Source: the human T2T-CHM13v2.0 reference genome, Homo sapiens. Taken from it: a stretch of 64,000 bases of DNA. Location: NCBI RefSeq assembly GCF_009914755.1, contig NC_060940.1; one strand, 5' to 3'. Shown piece by piece: positions 58,471-64,000 of the stretch. The translations under genes and the position numbers were made by a program. Below the pieces are notes generated by a model that saw nothing but the letters and a program-made list of their open reading frames with translations, made no database searches and was not told the DNA's origin. Position 1 is the stretch's first letter. Each line of letters opens with the position of its first letter.

Positions 58471-61400
58471 CTATTTGTGTCCCTTAGATGGTTCCACATG
58501 ATTCCATTTCATGATGATACTATTTGAGCCCATCCAATGATTCCCTTCGATTCCATTCGATGAGGATTCCATTCGATTCAATTCATTGGTGATTCTATTC
58601 AATTCAATTCTTTGATTCCATTCCATTCCATTCGACAATGATTCCATTCGATTTCTTTCGATGATTCCACTCGATTCCACTTGACATTGATTCCATTCGA
58701 TTCCATTCAATGATTCCGTTTCATTCCAGTGGATGATGATTGCCATCGATTCCATTCGATCACTCCATTCTATTCCATTTGATGATGATTACATTCGATT
58801 CCATTTGATGATTCCATCTGATTCTATTCGAGGATTCCATTTGATTCCATTCGATGATGATTCCATTCGAGTGCATTCGATGATTTCATTCGAGTACATC
58901 CAATGATTCCATTCGAGTCCATTTGATGATTCCATTTGATTCCATTTGATTATGATTCTACTAGAGTCCATTCAATGACTCCATTCGAATCCATTCTACA
59001 ATTCCATTCGAGGCCATTCGATGATTCCATTTCATGATTCCATTCGAGTCCATTTAATCATTACAGTCGAGTCCATTTGGTGATTCCACTGGATTTCTTT
59101 TGATAATGATACCATTCAATTACATTTGATGATGATCCCATTCAATTTCATTTGATGGTGATTCCATTAGAGTCCATTCGATGATTTCATTCGAGTCCCT
59201 TCATTGATTCCATCCGATTTCATTGGATGATGACTCCATTCGAGTCCATTCGATGATTCCACTCGATTCCATTAGATGATTCCATTGGAGTCCATTTGAT
59301 TGTTCCATTCGATTCTATTCGATTCCTTTCGAAGATTATTCCATTTGAGTCCATTCGATGATGATTCCATTCCATTCCATTCGATGATTCCGTTTGATTC
59401 CATTCGATGATTCCCTTCGATTCCTTTCTTTGATGATTCCATTCCATTCCATTCAATGATTCCATTCGAATCTATTCCATGATGATTCCTTTCGATTCCA
59501 TTCGCTGATGTTTCCGTTCAATTCCATTCGATGATGATTCCATTCGATTCCATTCATTGAGGATTCCATTGGATTCCATTCAATGATGATTCCATTCTAT
59601 TCCATTCAATGATTGCATTCAATTCCATTCAATGATTATCCCATTAGAGTAAACTCAACGATTCCATTCAATACCATTCGATGATGATTCCTTTTGAGTC
59701 CATTCAATGATTTCATTCAAGTCCATTTGATGATTCCTTTCAATTCCATTCTATGATGATTCCATTCGAGTCCATTCGATGATTCCATTCGATTGCATTC
59801 GATGATTCCATTATATTCCAGTCAACGATGATTCCATTCGAGTCCATTCGATGATTCCATTAGAGTACATTTAATGATTGCTTTGTTTTCAATTCGAAGA
59901 TGATTACATTGGATTCCATTCTATGATACCATTCGATTCCATTCAATGATGATTCCACTCAAATCCATTGGATGATTCCATTCGTGTCCATTCGGTGATT
60001 TCATTAGATTCCATTCGAGGATGATTCCATTCGATTCCATTCGATGATTCCATTCAATTCCATTCGATGATGATTCCATTCCAGTCCATATGATCATTCC
60101 ATTTGATTTCATTCGATGATGATTCCATTCGATTCCATTCGATGATTCCATTCTATTCCATTCGATGATGATTCCATTCGAGTCCATTCGATGATTCCAT
60201 TCGAGTCCATTTAATGATTCCATTGGGTTCAATTCAATGATGACTAAATTGGATTCCGTTCTATGATTCCATTCAATTCCGTTCATTGACAATTTGATTC
60301 CATTCGATGATGATTCCATTTGAGTTCATTCGATGATTCTATTCGATTCTCTTCGATGGTGATTCAATTCTATTATATTGGATGATTCCATTCGATTCCA
60401 TTTGATGTTGATTCAATTCGATTCTATTCGATGATGATTCCATTGGATTTCACTTGATGATTCTATTCGATTCCATTCAATGATGATTCACTTCTCGTCC
60501 ATTGGATGATTCCATTTCATTCCATTCGATGATGATTCCATTCGATTCCATTCGATGATTCCATTTGATTCCATGCGTCGGTGAGCAATTCGATTCAATT
60601 CCATGATGATTCTATTTGATTCAATTAGATGATGTTTCCATTCGAATCCATTCCATGATTATTCCATTGGAATCCATTCGGCGATGATTCCATATGAGTC
60701 AATTCAATGATGATTCCATATGTGTCCGTTCGATGATAATTCCATTTGATTTCATTCGGTGCTTCTATTCAATTCCAGTCGATGATGATTCCGTTGGAGT
60801 CCATACGATGATTCCATTTGATTTCATTTGATGATGATTCCATTCGATGATGATTACATTGGATTCCATTCTATGATTCCATTCAATTCCATTCGTTGAT
60901 GATTTGATTCCATTCAATGATGATTCCATTTGAGTTCATTCGATGATTCTATTCGATTCCGTTCGATGGTGATTCAATTCTCTTATATTGGATGAATCCA
61001 CTCGATTCCATTTGATGATTATTCCATTGGAGACCACTTAGTGAATCCTTCAGATTCTACTCGAAGATGATTCCATTCAAGTCCATTCGATGATACCATT
61101 CAATTCCATTCGTTGATGCTTCCATTCAAGTGCATTCGATGATATCATTCGATTCCATTTGATGATAATTCCATTTGATTCCATGCGATGATTCTATTCG
61201 ATTCCATTCAATGATAATTCCATTCAGTTCAGTGATTCCTCTGGACTCCATTTGATGATGATTCCATTCAATGATTCCATTCGATTCTATTCAAAAATGA
61301 TTCCATTTGAATCCATTTGATGATGATTCCATTAGATTCCATTTGATGATTCCATTCGATTCCATGCGACGATGATTCCATTCGATTCCATGTGATGATT

Positions 61401-64000
61401 CCATTCCATTCTATTCGATGATGATTCCATTCGATTCCATTCGATGATGATTGGATTCAATTCCATTTGATGATTTCATTTGATTCCATTCGATAATGAT
61501 TTCGATCAATTCCATTCAATGATTCCATTCGATTCCATTCGATAATGATTACATCCGTGTCCATTCAGTGATTCCATTTGAGCCTGTTCGATAATTCCAT
61601 TTGAGTCCAACCAATGATTCCATTCATTTCCATTCAATGATTCCATTCGAGTCCATTTGATCATTCTGGTAGGGTCCATTCGATGTTGATTCCATTGGAG
61701 TGCATTCGATGATTCCATTCGAGTCCATTTTACGATTTGATTCGAGTCCTTTCGATGATTCCATTCGATTCCACTCGATGATGATTTCATTCGAGTCCAT
61801 TCGACACTTCCAATCGATTCCATTTGATGTTTCCATTCGAGTCCAATTGATGATTCCATTCAATTCCATTCGATGATGATTCCGTACGATTCCATTCTGT
61901 GATGATTCCATGTGATTGCATTCAATGATGATTCCTTTCGATTGCATTCGATTATGATTCATTTCGTGTTCATTCTATGGTTCCACAGGTTTCCATTCGT
62001 GTCCATTCCATTATTCCATTCTATTCCATTTGATGATGATTCCATTCGATTCCATTCATTGGTGATTCCACTCAATTCCATTCAATGATTCCATTCCATT
62101 TCTTTCAACAATGATTCCATTAGTTTCTAATCGATGATCCACTTGATTCCATTTGACGACAATTCCATTCTTTTCCATTCGATGATTCCATTTGATTCCA
62201 TATGATGATGATTCCATTCGATTCCATACCATGATGATTCCATTCGAGTCCATTCCATGGTGATTCCATTCAATTCCATTCGATGATTCCTTTCGATTCC
62301 ATTCGATGATGATGGCATTCGATTCCTTTCAATCATTCCCTTTGATTCCATTCAAAGGTGATTTCATTCAAGTCCATTCGATAATTGCATTCGATTCCAT
62401 TCTATGATGATTCCATTCGAGTCCATTTGATGATTCCATTCAATTCAAGTCAATGATGATTCCATTCGATTCCATTCGATGATTCCATTGGATTCCATTC
62501 GATGATGATTCCATTCAAATCCATTCGATAATTCAATTCAAGTCCATTCGATGATGATTCCAATCGAATCCATTCAAAGATTCCATTCAGTTCCATTCGA
62601 TGATAACCTTAGATTCCATTCGATGATTCCACTTGTTTCCATTTACGATGATTCCATTCGATTCCATGTGATGATTCCATTCAATTCTATTCAATGATGT
62701 TTCCATTTGATTCCATTCGACCATGATTGCCTTTGATTCCATTCAATGACTGCATTCGGTTCCTTTTGATGATGATTCCGTTCGATTCCATTTCATTATT
62801 CCATTTGATTCCATTGGATGAGTCCATTCGATTACATTCGATGATTATTCCATTCGAGTGCATTAGATGATTCCATTCGAGTCCATTCGATGATTCCATT
62901 CGATTCCATTCGATGTTGATTCTGTTCAAATCCATTCGATGATTCCACTCGATTCCATTCGATGACTCCATTTGATCCCATTCGATGATTTCCTTTGATT
63001 CCCTTTGATGATCATTCCATTTGATTCAATTCGGTGATTTCATTTGATTCCATTCAGTGATGTTTCCATTCGACTCCATTCGATGATGATTCCATTCGAC
63101 TCCATTCGATTATGATTTCATTCAATTCCATTCGATAATGATTCCCTTCGAGTCCATTCGATGATTCCATTCGATTCCATTCAACGATGATTTGATTCGT
63201 GTCCATTCGATGATTCCATTTGATTCCACTTGATGATGATTCCATTCGAGTCCATTTGATGATTCCATTCAATTCCATTCTCCGATGATTTCTTTTGAGC
63301 CCACTCAATGCTTCCACTCGATCCCATATGATGATGACTCCATTCGATGAAATTCGATGATGATTCCATTCGCTTGCATTCGATGATGATTCCACTTGAG
63401 TACATTAGAAGATTCTATTCAATTACATTCCATGACGATTCCGTTCGAGTCCATTTGATGATTCCATTAGACTCCATTCGACGATGATTCCATTCGATGT
63501 TATTCGATGATTCCATTCGATCTCATTCGATGATGATTCCATTCAACTCCATTCGATGTTTCCATTCGAGTTCATTCTGTTATTCCATTAGATTCCATTC
63601 GATGATGATTCCATTCGATTCCATTTGATGATTGCATTCTATTTCATTTGATGATGATTCCATTCGAGTCCACTCGATGATTCCATTCGAGTCCATTTAA
63701 TGAATCCATTGGTTTCAATTCTATGATGATTACATTGGATTCCATTCGTTGATGATTTCATTCGGTTCCATTCAATGATGATTCCATTCAATTCCTTTCA
63801 ATGTTTCCATTCAATTCCATACGATGATGATTCCATTTGATTTGATTCGACAGTGAGCCATTCGATTCAATTCCATGATGATTCTATTTGATTCAATTAG
63901 TTGACATTTCCATTCGATTCCATTCCATGATGATTCCATTTGATTCCATTCAAAGATGATTCCATTCTAGCCCATTCAATCATTCCATTCGATTCTATTC
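58471..64000 (+). repeat. 16,095-bp super-repeat, copy 3 (partial, runs off the window)
   Basis: Colinear with 42376-47905 and shares its variants (ggttccacatg, gaggcc, gataacctt), with more differences after ~60.2 kb. Whether it completes a full 16-kb unit cannot be seen. Confidence 0.85.

Larger units (their letters stand above)
1..64000 (+). repeat. Human satellite II (HSat2/HSATII) array, CATTC-rich strand on +; probably HSat2B-type (chr16q11.2-like)
   Basis: Continuous diverged (CATTC)n with the HSat2-diagnostic CATTCGATTCCATTCGATGAT and CATTCGAGTCCATTCGATGATGAT 23/26-bp monomers. TCGA (TaqI) and GANTC (HinfI) sites are dense, and there are no long pure (CATTC)n runs as in HSat3. The 6.1-kb periodicity matches the known chr16 HSat2B unit; the family call is firm, the chromosome is inferred. 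Confidence 0.97.

Noticed and set aside
267-63405. About 150 short ORFs (60-132 aa), mostly minus strand, with repetitive MESSSNGIEWNHRMDSNGII content
   Set aside because: They are direct translations of the GAATG/GAATCATC repeat, occur in overlapping frames, recur with the DNA period, and are opened or closed by random SNVs. There is no evidence of coding function.
1-64000. CRISPR-like repeat/spacer array
   Set aside because: There is no invariant repeat separated by unique spacers; the intervening sequence is the same satellite and no cas genes are present.
1-64000. HSat3 (e.g. DYZ1 or chr9) or alpha-satellite assignment
   Set aside because: It lacks long (CATTC)n runs and the 171-bp monomer with CENP-B box. 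CATTCGATTC/GATGAT monomers dominate, which is the HSat2 pattern.
1-64000. Strand inversion or large inverted repeat
   Set aside because: The CATTC orientation is constant from end to end and no GAATG-rich tract appears on the + strand. The few plus-strand ORFs arise from point loss of stop codons.

Overview
The whole 64 kb window is human satellite II (HSat2/HSATII)-type pericentromeric satellite DNA. It is built from diverged CATTC pentamers arranged as ~23/26-bp CATTCGATTCCATTCGATGAT(GAT)TC monomers, with the CATTC-rich strand on + throughout and no inversion seen. I find no genes, transposons or RNA genes; every ORF in the track is a by-product of the repeat. The interest is in higher-order architecture. 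Positions 1-~26130 are a very homogeneous tandem array of a 6,111-6,112-bp unit, the unit length known for the HSat2B array of chr16q11.2 (this assignment is inference). At ~26.1 kb a rearranged junction switches to a 16,095-bp super-repeat (about 2.35 copies visible). It is made of three variant 6.1-kb-derived monomers, one with ~3.83 kb replaced by a ~1.83-kb HSat2 segment not found in the 6.1-kb unit. The indels I could map account exactly for the periods (3x6112 - 203 - 2038 = 16,095), and the larger ones are sums of 23/26-bp monomers. Variant sharing between copies suggests gene conversion or mosaicism. I see no evidence of a novel protein-coding or defence system. All alignments were done by eye with the ORF track as landmarks, so breakpoints are approximate to within a few bases to one monomer.
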